Notes under the pieces: generated by a model
What the model saw: the letters and a program-made list of their open reading frames with translations, nothing else
Database searches by the model: none
Told to the model about the DNA's origin: nothing
Made by a program: the position numbers and the translations under genes
In this document: positions 20,495 through 28,635 of the stretch, piece by piece
Layout of the letters: each line of letters starts with the position of its first letter
Position numbering within the stretch: position 1 is the first letter of the stretch
Origin: an uncultured Candidatus Binatia bacterium
Lineage (GTDB): Bacteria > Desulfobacterota > Binatia > UBA9968 > JAJDTQ01
Assembly: GCA_965219905.1 (NCBI GenBank)
Contig: CBDCOS010000008.1
Location: forward strand, 640,183-704,182
Reading direction: 5' to 3'
DNA: 64,000 nt

Positions 20495-21025
20495 TCAGCC
20501 CGGGAGGGGCCGGGACCGGCCATCTCCGATCCAACCGAAACTCAGGATGCCCAATCCGGTGAGCATCAGCGTGACCCCCGAACCCACCGTACGAACGGCA
20601 TTCCAGCGCTGCCACGGTTCGGAATAGGCCTGCCACACCGCTGCCGCGCGCGCCGTATCCAGTGGGGTCTCCACCAGCGCCAGTGTTTCATTGAGCGCGA
20701 CGTTGACGGTGACCGTAGGGACCATGGCACCCGAAACGTAGAGTATGCCGCCCGCTCCGAAGAAGAGAGCGGCCCATACTTCCCCGCATTTCCAGGCCAC
20801 CAGCGCCGTGACCATCAGGACGAGAGACGTCCCCCAGAACGCGGGAGCGAATACAAGGTTGCGCACGCTCGCGTTCATGGCCTGCATGGCGGCGATGGCG
20901 ACATTGGAGTCCGCCGCATCCAGGCCCCACATCGTCGAGCAGACCCAGGCATAGAAGAACCCGAAGATGGCTCCCGAAAACAGCAGGGCCAGCACCGCCA
21001 TCGGCTTCAGAAGGAATGTCACCAT
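20495..21025 (-). CDS. DUF1772 family membrane protein (anthrone-oxygenase-like)
   Basis: 176 aa with four predicted TM helices; pattern matches DUF1772. Confidence 0.65.
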   Translation of the reverse strand: MVTFLLKPMAVLALLFSGAIFGFFYAWVCSTMWGLDAADSNVAIAAMQAMNASVRNLVFAPAFWGTSLVLMVTALVAWKCGEVWAALFFGAGGILYVSGAMVPTVTVNVALNETLALVETPLDTARAAAVWQAYSEPWQRWNAVRTVGSGVTLMLTGLGILSFGWIGDGRSRPLPG

Positions 21026-21076
21026 GTCCAGTCTCTCCCTCTGTCCTGTGAATCCCGCCGCTGGCGGATTGCATGC

Positions 21077-22474
21077 CTACGCTGCGAGCCGCGCAACACA
21101 CCTGCGAGCCGCCTCGGCGATCGCAGCCGGATCCACGGTCGTCAGCATGCTGTCCCGCACGACCGGTCGTCCTTCCACCAGCAGATCGCGCACCGTGAAC
21201 GGGCCGCAAAGCACGAGAGCGGCCACCGGGTCCCAGGCGCCGGCGGCGCCCAGGCCGGAAACGTCCCAGATCGCAAGGTCGGCGCGCTTGCCCGGCTCGA
21301 TGGTTCCGAGATCGCCGGCGCGTCCGAGGACGGCCGCCCCGCCCAGGGTCGCCATCTGAAGGGCTTCGCGGGCGCTCATGGCGGCGGCGCCGTAACGGAC
21401 CCGCTGCAGCATCATGGCCTGCCGGGCTTCGGGCAGGAGGCTTCCCGAGTCGTTGCTGGCCGATCCGTCGACGCCCAGGCCGACGGCGACCCCGGCGTCG
21501 CGCATGGCGCGGACCGGCGCGATGCCCGACCCCAACCGGCAGTTGGACGACGGGCAGTGCGCGACGCCGGTCCCGGTCCGGGCGAAGAGGGCGATCTCGG
21601 CCGGGTCAAGCTGAACGCAGTGCGCGTGCCACACGTGCTCACCGACCCAGCCCAGCGACTCGGCATACTCGCCGGGCCGGCAGCCAAGATTATCGAGCGC
21701 CCAGGCGACGTCCTCGGTATTCTCGGCGAGGTGAGTGTGCAGACGCACTCCCTTGTCGGCCGCCAGCGCCGCGGCATCGCGCATCAGTTCCCGGGAGACG
21801 GAAAAGGGCGAGCAGGGAGCGATGCCGACGCGGACCATGGCGCCCTCGGACGGATCGTGAAAGGCGTCGATCACGCGGATACAGTCATCGAGGATGTCGG
21901 CCTCGCGCTCGGTCAGGCTGTCCGGCGGCAGGCCGCCGGAGCTTTCGCCGATGCTCATGGCGCCGCGGGTAGGGTGGAAGCGCAATCCGACGGAGCCCGC
22001 GGCCGCGATGGTGTCCTCCAGCCGGACGCCGTCGGGATAGAAATAGAGGTGGTCCGAGCTCATGCCGCAGCCGGACAGGGCCAGTTCCGCCAGCCCGAGC
22101 TGCGCCGAGACGAACATGTCCTCGGGCCGCATGCGCGCCCACACCGGATAGAGCGACCTGAGCCAGCCGAACAGCGACGCGTCCTGACAGGCCGGCACGG
22201 CCCGCGTCAGGGTCTGGAAGAGATGGTGATGGGTATTGACGAGCGCCGGCGTCACCACGCAGCCGCGGGCATCGATCACCTCCCAAGCGGCAGGGTCCTC
22301 CGGACCGCCGGCGCCCACGCTCTCGATGCGGCCGTCCACCGCAAGGATGTCCGCCCTCCCGAGTTCGCTTCGGTCGGCGTCCATCGTGACGACGATGTCG
22401 GCGTTGCGGATCCAGTGTTTACGGCCTGCCAATGGAGTTCTCCTGTTCAGCGACGGTCCGCATCGCCACATCAC
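21077..22474 (-). CDS. Metal-dependent amidohydrolase / nucleobase deaminase family (8-oxoguanine deaminase / SsnA / chlorohydrolase-like)
   Basis: 465 aa with the HHHLFQTLTRA metal-binding motif and the amidohydrolase_1 fold pattern. Confidence 0.8.
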   Translation of the reverse strand: MMWRCGPSLNRRTPLAGRKHWIRNADIVVTMDADRSELGRADILAVDGRIESVGAGGPEDPAAWEVIDARGCVVTPALVNTHHHLFQTLTRAVPACQDASLFGWLRSLYPVWARMRPEDMFVSAQLGLAELALSGCGMSSDHLYFYPDGVRLEDTIAAAGSVGLRFHPTRGAMSIGESSGGLPPDSLTEREADILDDCIRVIDAFHDPSEGAMVRVGIAPCSPFSVSRELMRDAAALAADKGVRLHTHLAENTEDVAWALDNLGCRPGEYAESLGWVGEHVWHAHCVQLDPAEIALFARTGTGVAHCPSSNCRLGSGIAPVRAMRDAGVAVGLGVDGSASNDSGSLLPEARQAMMLQRVRYGAAAMSAREALQMATLGGAAVLGRAGDLGTIEPGKRADLAIWDVSGLGAAGAWDPVAALVLCGPFTVRDLLVEGRPVVRDSMLTTVDPAAIAEAARRCVARLAA

Positions 22475-22500
22475 CCGAATGACCCTTTGGCCGCACGGGG

Positions 22501-22899
22501 TCAGCCCGTCCGCTCAACGGCGAGGAGGGTATATGCACGGTGACCCAGCCAGACCGCGACGAGACACAATGCGACCGACAGGGCGATGTTGCCGAGAGCC
22601 TGGGGCCATTGGCCGGCCCGCAGGAGGTCCAACGTCTGCAGGCTGAAGGCCGAGAAGGTCGTGTAGCCTCCACACACGCCCACCATGAGGAACGCGCGCG
22701 CCTCCGGTCCCGGCAATCCAAAGCGGTCCGGAAAGGAATCCATCGACGCCAGGACCCCGATGAGGAACGACCCCGAGACGTTCACGGCAATCGTGCCCCA
22801 TGGGAACGCCTGCCCGAACGCTCCGGCGACCAGGTTGTTGCACCCGTAGCGTGCTACGCCCCCGATGGCGCTACCGAGCGCAATCCACAAATAGATCAT
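22501..22899 (-). CDS. crcB: Fluoride ion channel CrcB/FluC
   Basis: 132 aa. MIYLWIALGSAIGGVARYGCNN ... GTIAVNVSGSFLIGVL is the classic CrcB pattern. Confidence 0.85.
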   Translation of the reverse strand: MIYLWIALGSAIGGVARYGCNNLVAGAFGQAFPWGTIAVNVSGSFLIGVLASMDSFPDRFGLPGPEARAFLMVGVCGGYTTFSAFSLQTLDLLRAGQWPQALGNIALSVALCLVAVWLGHRAYTLLAVERTG

Positions 22900-25100
22900 G
22901 TCGTGGAATCTGTACCGTCACGACCTGAAAGCACCACCAGGGCATCGAGGGCGACACCGCCCCGGCGTCGCAGCACAAAGGGATTGACGTCGATGGACTC
23001 GAGCCGGTCGCCCAGGTCACGGGCGAGCCGCGACACCGCCATCAACGCCTTGACTACCGCGCTCCGGTCCAGCGCCGGCGCCCCGCGATAGCCGTCGATC
23101 AACCGGGCGGCCCCGGTGCGCGCGATCAATGCCTCGGCCGCAGTCTCATCGAGGGTCGGGGCGGCGAAGGCAACGTCACGATAAAGCTCCAGCGCCACCC
23201 CGCCCGATCCGAACATCACCACGGGGCCCATCTCCGGATCGCGCGAGGCGCCGACCACCAGCTCCAGCCCCCCGGCTACCTGCTCGGCCACCAGCACGCC
23301 GTCCACGGTGACTCCCGTGGCCTTGCGCGCGACGTTGCGCAGGATGGCGCCGTAGCCTTGGCGCACGGCACCGGCGTTACCGTTGTTCAACAAGACGCCG
23401 CCGGCGTCCGACTTGTGGGTCAGCTCGGCACCCGCGGCCTTCAGCACCACCGGGAATCCGACGGCGCGGGCAATCCGCACCGCCTCGGCCGCGCTGCCGG
23501 CCAGCCGCTCCCTGGGCGTCCGCAGCCCGTAGGCCCGAAGCAGCGCCTTGGACTCGATCTCCGACAGCGGCGACGGCCCCGGGCCGTCGGCGGTCCTCGC
23601 CAACAGCCTCCGGACCGCCGGCGGCGGCGCCAACCGCCCGCCTCGCTTCGTGTCCGCCTTCCTCGACAACCGCTCCGCGTAGGAGATCACCGAGCGCACC
23701 GTGCGCAGCGACTTGTCCGCTTCCTGCATGAAGGCGACGTTCCGAAGGCCGTCGCGCAGGTCGCGGGCATAGTCGTTCAGACCGTGCGAGATCATGGTGA
23801 CGAAGGCGATGGGTTTCCTCGCCCGGGCTGCCAGCTCGTTGACCGCCCGCATGTTGGTTTCCTTGTTCCCGCCCTCCGGCGCCCTCAGCAGCTCCTCCTG
23901 CAACAGCAACGTGTCGACCCCGGGATCGTCCAGCATGGTCTCGACGCACTGCACGTAGGTCTCGTGGCTGCTCAGGCCGGCAAATCCGGAATCCAGCGGA
24001 TTGCCGATGACCGTGCCCACGCCGAGCAGCTTCTCCAGGCGCTTGCGGGTCTTGCGGGCGAGGGGCGGAAAGGACAGGCCGTTGGCTTCCGCCTGGTCCA
24101 ACAGCACGCCGCGCAGGCCGCCGGAGAAGGTCATGGCGCCCAATCCTTCGCCCTTGGGCAGCCGGGCGTGCAGCAGGTACTCCGCCATCTCCACCACGTC
24201 GTCGAGGGTGTTGACGCGAACCGCGCCGTAGTCGCCGGCAATGGCGTCGAAGGCGGCGATGGATCCCGCCAGCCCTCCCGTGTGGGCCAGCGCGGCCGCC
24301 CGGCCGTTGTCCGAGGTGCCGAGCTTGACCACGATCACCGGCTTGCCCGCCTTTTTCGCGGTGGCGCAGGCGGCCAGGAACCGGTCCGGCTCGCGCACCG
24401 CTTCCAGGTAGGACACGATCACCCGGGTCTGCGGATCGGCCGCGAAATACTCGATGTAGTCCGCGGTCTTGAGCCCGGCCTCGTTCCCGCTGGAGACGAT
24501 GTAGCCCACGTCCATGCCGCGCTCTTCGAGGGTGCGCTTGAGCGCCATCACCAGCCCGCCGGACTGCCCGACGACGGCAACGGGGCCGGGCTCGGTGCGC
24601 TGCGGCCGGTTGTCGCTCATGGTGACGAACCTGGCGCCGCCGTTGAAGTTGCCGATACAGTTAGGGCCGGAGACGGCGATTCCCAGTTCCGCGATGGCGG
24701 CGGCGAGGGCCTCACCTCGCGCAATGGCGGCGGGATCGGGCGATTCGCCGAAACCCGCGGAGACCACGGTGGCGCTGCGCGCCCCGGCGGCCGCCCCTTC
24801 GCGCAGGGTCGCCTCCACGTAGGGCGCGGGCACGAACACGACCAGGTGGTCGGGCGGCTCGGGCAACTCCGCGTAGCTCCGGTAGCACCGGGTCCCCCAC
24901 ACCTCCTCGCGTCTCGGGTTGAGCGGATAGACCGGGCCGCCGTAGCCGTAGCGGGCGAGGTTGCGTGCGCAGCGCTGGGGCCAGTTCCCCGGCCTCTCGG
25001 TGGCGCCGACGATGACGGCGTTGTGCGGGTTCAGCAGCGCCTCCACGTCAGAACGGGGGTTGGATTCGGGTCGTGATGCTCGGGTTCCTCGGGAGCTCAT
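22896..25100 (-). CDS. Acetyl-CoA synthetase (ADP-forming) / NDP-forming acyl-CoA synthetase, fused alpha-beta (CoA-binding + succinyl-CoA-synthetase-like + ATP-grasp)
   Basis: 734 aa. N-terminal CoA-binding NAVIVGATERPGNW...GGPVYPLNPRREEVWG, a central ligase-CoA domain and a C-terminal ATP-grasp. The stop overlaps the crcB start (ATGA). Confidence 0.85.
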   Translation of the reverse strand: MSSRGTRASRPESNPRSDVEALLNPHNAVIVGATERPGNWPQRCARNLARYGYGGPVYPLNPRREEVWGTRCYRSYAELPEPPDHLVVFVPAPYVEATLREGAAAGARSATVVSAGFGESPDPAAIARGEALAAAIAELGIAVSGPNCIGNFNGGARFVTMSDNRPQRTEPGPVAVVGQSGGLVMALKRTLEERGMDVGYIVSSGNEAGLKTADYIEYFAADPQTRVIVSYLEAVREPDRFLAACATAKKAGKPVIVVKLGTSDNGRAAALAHTGGLAGSIAAFDAIAGDYGAVRVNTLDDVVEMAEYLLHARLPKGEGLGAMTFSGGLRGVLLDQAEANGLSFPPLARKTRKRLEKLLGVGTVIGNPLDSGFAGLSSHETYVQCVETMLDDPGVDTLLLQEELLRAPEGGNKETNMRAVNELAARARKPIAFVTMISHGLNDYARDLRDGLRNVAFMQEADKSLRTVRSVISYAERLSRKADTKRGGRLAPPPAVRRLLARTADGPGPSPLSEIESKALLRAYGLRTPRERLAGSAAEAVRIARAVGFPVVLKAAGAELTHKSDAGGVLLNNGNAGAVRQGYGAILRNVARKATGVTVDGVLVAEQVAGGLELVVGASRDPEMGPVVMFGSGGVALELYRDVAFAAPTLDETAAEALIARTGAARLIDGYRGAPALDRSAVVKALMAVSRLARDLGDRLESIDVNPFVLRRRGGVALDALVVLSGRDGTDSTT

Positions 25101-25362
25101 GGGGTTCCGTGGGTCGAGTCGGCAGGATGCCCACCACCACCAGGAAGACCGAGAACAAGCTGGCGTGGCTGACGTCCAGAGGCACCGCGTCCGACAGATC
25201 GGGATGGACGTCGTTGTTGGGGTTTGGTCTTTCCCGTCCCGAATGTCTGAGAGCTCACACTATGAGTGCGTCCATACGTCCATGTTGCTGGATTGTCAAC
25301 GGGAGCAGTTGGACGGTCCCTGGAGAAAAAAGGATAGCCCCGACTAAAGAAATGGATTATGA

Positions 25363-25388
25363 TACCGATCAATATAATATGATCGGTA
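25363..25388. promoter_or_regulatory. Inverted repeat TACCGATCA-n8-TGATCGGTA (candidate operator) in an AT-rich islet upstream of the coiled-coil gene
   Basis: 9-bp perfect arms with an 8-bp AT spacer (atataata). Located ~75 bp upstream of the 25462 start, in the locally low-GC stretch 25300-25460. Confidence 0.3.
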
Positions 25389-25461
25389 GAATCGGCCGGG
25401 AGCCGGTTGCCGGGGTTGGGGCCGAGAGCAGTTCCGGGAACCGAGAAGGAGCCGACGAAGA

Positions 25462-25764
25462 GTGAACGCAGAGACGATTAGCATCATCGTATCCGTCATA
25501 GCGGCAAGCGCCACCGTCGGGACTCTCGCAATGACCGGCATCAGGCAGGTGCGCCAAGACATGGACCGGCGTTTCACCGAGCTACGTGAAGACCTGCGTG
25601 AAGTGCGACAGGACGTGAATTCCCTGCGTGAAGAAGTAGGCGCCCTCAAGAGCGATGTGGCCGCTCTCAAGAGCGACGTGGCTATCCTAAAGGGGAACGT
25701 GGCCACTCTCCAGAGTGACGTCGCCATGCTCAAGAGGCGGGATGGGGCCGCAGTCGCGAACTGA
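25462..25764 (+). CDS. Small membrane-anchored coiled-coil protein with four tandem heptad repeats (SDVAALK / SDVAILK / GNVATLQ / SDVAMLK)
   Basis: 100 aa with an N-terminal TM helix (ISIIVSVIAASATVGTLAMTG), then a charged helix and a 7-aa periodic repeat encoded by 21-bp tandem DNA repeats. Confidence 0.5.
   Translation: MNAETISIIVSVIAASATVGTLAMTGIRQVRQDMDRRFTELREDLREVRQDVNSLREEVGALKSDVAALKSDVAILKGNVATLQSDVAMLKRRDGAAVAN
25642..25737 (+). repeat. 4.5 tandem copies of a 21-bp in-frame coding repeat (gccctcaagagcgatgtggcc-like)
   Basis: Direct inspection: units at 25642, 25663, 25684 and 25705, plus a partial unit at 25726. Confidence 0.8.
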
Positions 25765-26490
25765 TGTCCCGGACGGCGATGATGTACCCCTCGGCGTGGT
25801 CGCCGATGATCTCGCAGCGCGTCTCGCCCCAAGTCCAGAAGTATACTGCCATGTAGGCGCAAAGCAGCGCGTCCAGCCGGTCCTCCAGCGACTTGAGGGC
25901 CAAGCCGCGGAGTTCTCCAGGGTTTTCATCAAGCACCGGGAGAGCTCGGGCGACGGCAGCAGGGGAGGGTCCTGGCGGGTCAGGTGGGTGCCGATGGCCG
26001 TCTGAAAGTCGGCCAGACCGGCCTGCCGGACCGCCACGGGGCCTTTCTTGTACTTGATGATGCGCGGCCGCTCGAAGAATGCCACCTGCACCAGATGGGG
26101 GAAGATCTCGAGCTGCCGGCAGCCGGCGCGGCCGGGCAGGAACGGGTTCGACGAGAAACCCCTTCGCCGAAGCTTGCGGCACAACCGGACCGGCCGTTCG
26201 CAACGGACCCGGTTGGCCGGATAGGCTCCAGCGTGATAGCGGCCGAACCGGGACGAGACCATCTTGTCCGCGGGCCGGGACGTCCCCGGCGGGTTCCTGG
26301 CGATGATCGGTGCGTCAATGCCCAGCCAGACATCCTTCCCGCCGCACGTCTCCACCCACTCAAGAATCTCCGTGTCGGTCGTGCGCCGGGCCGAACTCAC
26401 GAGGCGGTAGCCGTCGCCCTCGGACACCAGAAGGGCCAGTCCGGTCGGATTGCGGTTGCCCCATGCCAGGTCGATGCCGATGAAGTTCAT
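25687..26490 (-). CDS. DUF429 domain protein (predicted RNase H-like fold nuclease)
   Basis: Real start is the internal MNFIGIDLAWGNRNPTGLALLVSEGDGYRL, the characteristic DUF429 N-terminus. The 248 codons upstream of it in the track ORF (to 27234) are a shadow frame over plsY. The C-terminal ~26 codons overlap the convergent coiled-coil gene, so the true 3' end is uncertain. Confidence 0.7.
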   Translation of the reverse strand: MNFIGIDLAWGNRNPTGLALLVSEGDGYRLVSSARRTTDTEILEWVETCGGKDVWLGIDAPIIARNPPGTSRPADKMVSSRFGRYHAGAYPANRVRCERPVRLCRKLRRRGFSSNPFLPGRAGCRQLEIFPHLVQVAFFERPRIIKYKKGPVAVRQAGLADFQTAIGTHLTRQDPPLLPSPELSRCLMKTLENSAAWPSSRWRTGWTRCFAPTWQYTSGLGARRAARSSATTPRGTSSPSGTSVRDCGPIPPLEHGDVTLESGHVPL

Positions 26491-26543
26491 GAGCGAGGGA
26501 GGGGAAAGACCACAAGCCCTTTCGGTAGGCCCATTGGGACCGG

Positions 26544-27149
26544 CTATTTCCCGGAACCCGACCGGCGCAGATGGAAGGGCGCCTCCTCTCCCGCCATCAG
26601 CCGGCGGATGTTCTCCCGGTGGCGCACCACCACCAGGGTCCCGACGACCAGGCTCATCCAGACGACTTCCTGGGGATAGGACAGCGCCCACGCCGCCACC
26701 GGGCCGGCCACGCCCGCGGCCATGGAAGCCGGGGAGACCCGGCGGCTCACCAGCATCACCAAGGCGAAGACACCCAGCAGCACAAGAATGCCCAGGGGCA
26801 TGACGCCGACGTAGACCCCGGCGGCGGTGGCCACCCCCTTGCCGCCCTTGAACTTCAGGAAAACCGGGTAGAGGTGCCCCGCGAAGGCGGCCAGACCTCC
26901 CGCGGCCGCCGCGGCCACTCCGAGATCCAGGAGGTGTGCCGCCAACACCGGCAGGAAACCCTTGGCGACGTCGAAAAACAGGGTCAGGAGGCCCTTCTTC
27001 CACCCCAGGGTCCGCGCCACGTTGGTGGCGCCGATGTTGCCGCTGCCGGCGCTGCGCACGTCCACGCCCGCGGACGAGCCCACCAGGAAGCCGCTTGGGA
27101 CGGATCCCAGGAGATAGGACAGTATTGTCAGGACGATAGGTGCCAGCAT
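26544..27149 (-). CDS. plsY: Glycerol-3-phosphate acyltransferase PlsY
   Basis: MLAPIVLTILSYLLGSVPSGFLVG ... GSGNIGATNVAR ... FKGGKGVATAAG are classic PlsY motifs. Confidence 0.9.
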   Translation of the reverse strand: MLAPIVLTILSYLLGSVPSGFLVGSSAGVDVRSAGSGNIGATNVARTLGWKKGLLTLFFDVAKGFLPVLAAHLLDLGVAAAAAGGLAAFAGHLYPVFLKFKGGKGVATAAGVYVGVMPLGILVLLGVFALVMLVSRRVSPASMAAGVAGPVAAWALSYPQEVVWMSLVVGTLVVVRHRENIRRLMAGEEAPFHLRRSGSGK

Positions 27150-27244
27150 GGCGTCGGGCCGGCATCCGGCCGGCATATCCCTTGCTCGGACAAAAAAAGG
27201 GAGGAAGCGCGCGGGCTTCCTCCCTTGGTCCCAAGCCCTCTTCG

Positions 27245-28342
27245 TCAGGCGGCGGGCTTCACGTACACGTTCGAGTCCATTCTCGACTCGGCCCCGAGCC
27301 TAGTCATGTCAGACTCGAACATCTCGCGGATGTACGCCGGCTGGTCGTAGTACTCGATCTGGTTGCCGCCGGACTTCACGTCCTTGTCGACCTTGGAGAT
27401 GTCTCCGTAGCCCTCGCCCATGCTGTGCTTGATGCCGCCGAAACGCAAAGGCAGGTAGCGCGCGCCGGTGGGGCCGAGGTTGAAGTGCTGGTGGAACATC
27501 ATCTCCGGCGGCACGAACACGCTGCCGTCCTGCCAGTCGTAGCGCTTGGGCTCCTCGCCCTCCCACCAGAACAGCGAGAAACCCTGCCCCTTGATGATGA
27601 TGACGTTGAAGCCCGGCCCGTGGCGGTGGGCCTTCTTGTACGTCCCCACCGGGAACTCGGAGATGTGCGCCGCCATGGTGCCGTCGCACATTTCCAGGAA
27701 GACGTTCTTGCCGCCCGCGCCGCGCTCCTTCCACTCCTGCAGGTTGAAGGTGCGGGTGTCGGCGATGAAGTTGGTCTCCCAGATGCGGCCGGGATGCTGC
27801 GTGCCCGTGCTGGAGAAGTAGTCCGGCCGCCCGTCGAAGCGGTCGAGGAAGTCGTAGGGCGCGTTGAAGATGAAGTCCTCGCTGTGGAACAGGCTGAAGA
27901 TGATCGGCATGTTGTTGACCGAGAACAGCCGCGCAGGCTTGTCGCCCTGGCCGTTGAAGTGCTGGTGATGCACGTTCAACGGCACCGAGATGAGGCTCCC
28001 TTCCTGCCACTCGAAGGTCTGCTTGGCGCCGTTGTCGTTCCAGATGGTGGTCGCGCCGCGCCCCTGCACCACCAGGATCAGCTCCTCGTAGAGGTGGCGC
28101 ATGGGGTTCAGGCTCTTGCCCGGCGCGATCTCGACGATGTAGGCGCCGGTGGCGTCGCCCGCTCCCTCCATGTTGAACAGCGTCCCGTCTCCGCCCATGC
28201 GGTCCCACCACTTGAGCGGCACCTCCTTCAGGTCCTTGATGAAGAAAGTCTCGACGACGTCAACTCCCTCGCCCTTCTGCCACTTGTAGAAGAAGGGGAT
28301 GTTGTCCATCGTGGTCTCGATCTCTTGCGCCGGCTTGGCCAT
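27245..28342 (-). CDS. Bicupin domain protein (putative metal-dependent dioxygenase; two HQHFN cupin motifs)
   Basis: 365 aa with two cupin metal motifs (PLNVHHQHFNGQG and MMFHQHFNLGPTG). Confidence 0.65.
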   Translation of the reverse strand: MAKPAQEIETTMDNIPFFYKWQKGEGVDVVETFFIKDLKEVPLKWWDRMGGDGTLFNMEGAGDATGAYIVEIAPGKSLNPMRHLYEELILVVQGRGATTIWNDNGAKQTFEWQEGSLISVPLNVHHQHFNGQGDKPARLFSVNNMPIIFSLFHSEDFIFNAPYDFLDRFDGRPDYFSSTGTQHPGRIWETNFIADTRTFNLQEWKERGAGGKNVFLEMCDGTMAAHISEFPVGTYKKAHRHGPGFNVIIIKGQGFSLFWWEGEEPKRYDWQDGSVFVPPEMMFHQHFNLGPTGARYLPLRFGGIKHSMGEGYGDISKVDKDVKSGGNQIEYYDQPAYIREMFESDMTRLGAESRMDSNVYVKPAA

Positions 28343-28501
28343 GGGCTCCTCCCAATCTCAATGAAATTCAAGAGCTACCTTCTACATGAGGCGCTTTGAA
28401 AATACAACCAACCTTTGCGGCTTCAGGCTCCTGCAAGCAACCACCCGCGACCACGGACCTGGCGAAGCAGCTGAAGGTATTGTGACCCAATTACTAATTT
28501 A

Positions 28502-28535
28502 TAAACAAATTAGTAGAAATTAGTATTTTGAAAGA
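28502..28535. promoter_or_regulatory. Perfect palindrome TACTAATTT-ATAAAC-AAATTAGTA, followed by a third direct copy of AAATTAGTA: candidate repressor operator in the bicupin / M24-peptidase divergent promoter region
   Basis: Direct inspection of the locally AT-rich sequence aattactaatttataaacaaattagtagaaattagtattttg in the intergenic 28343-28614. Confidence 0.4.
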
Positions 28536-28635
28536 GTGCACGGTCCGACACACCCTTGTTTGACACCCCGGATTCAGCTTCCCTATAGTCAGTGCCTTCA
28601 CGGCATCTTCATTCTTGTCCCCAGGGAGACCTTTC

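Noticed and set aside
22900-25460. Fluoride riboswitch (crcB motif) upstream of crcB or of the acs-crcB operon
   Set aside because: crcB overlaps the acs stop, so there is no leader. By-eye scanning of 25100-25460 on the minus strand found no GGCGATGG...CTGATGAT-type pattern. Not reported as a feature; Infernal would be decisive.
25687-27234. 515-aa track ORF spanning plsY
   Set aside because: Its N-terminal 248 residues are Gly/Arg/Pro low-complexity shadow translation over the genuine plsY gene (other frame). Only the C-terminal part starting at MNFIGIDLAWG (26490) is a real DUF429 gene.
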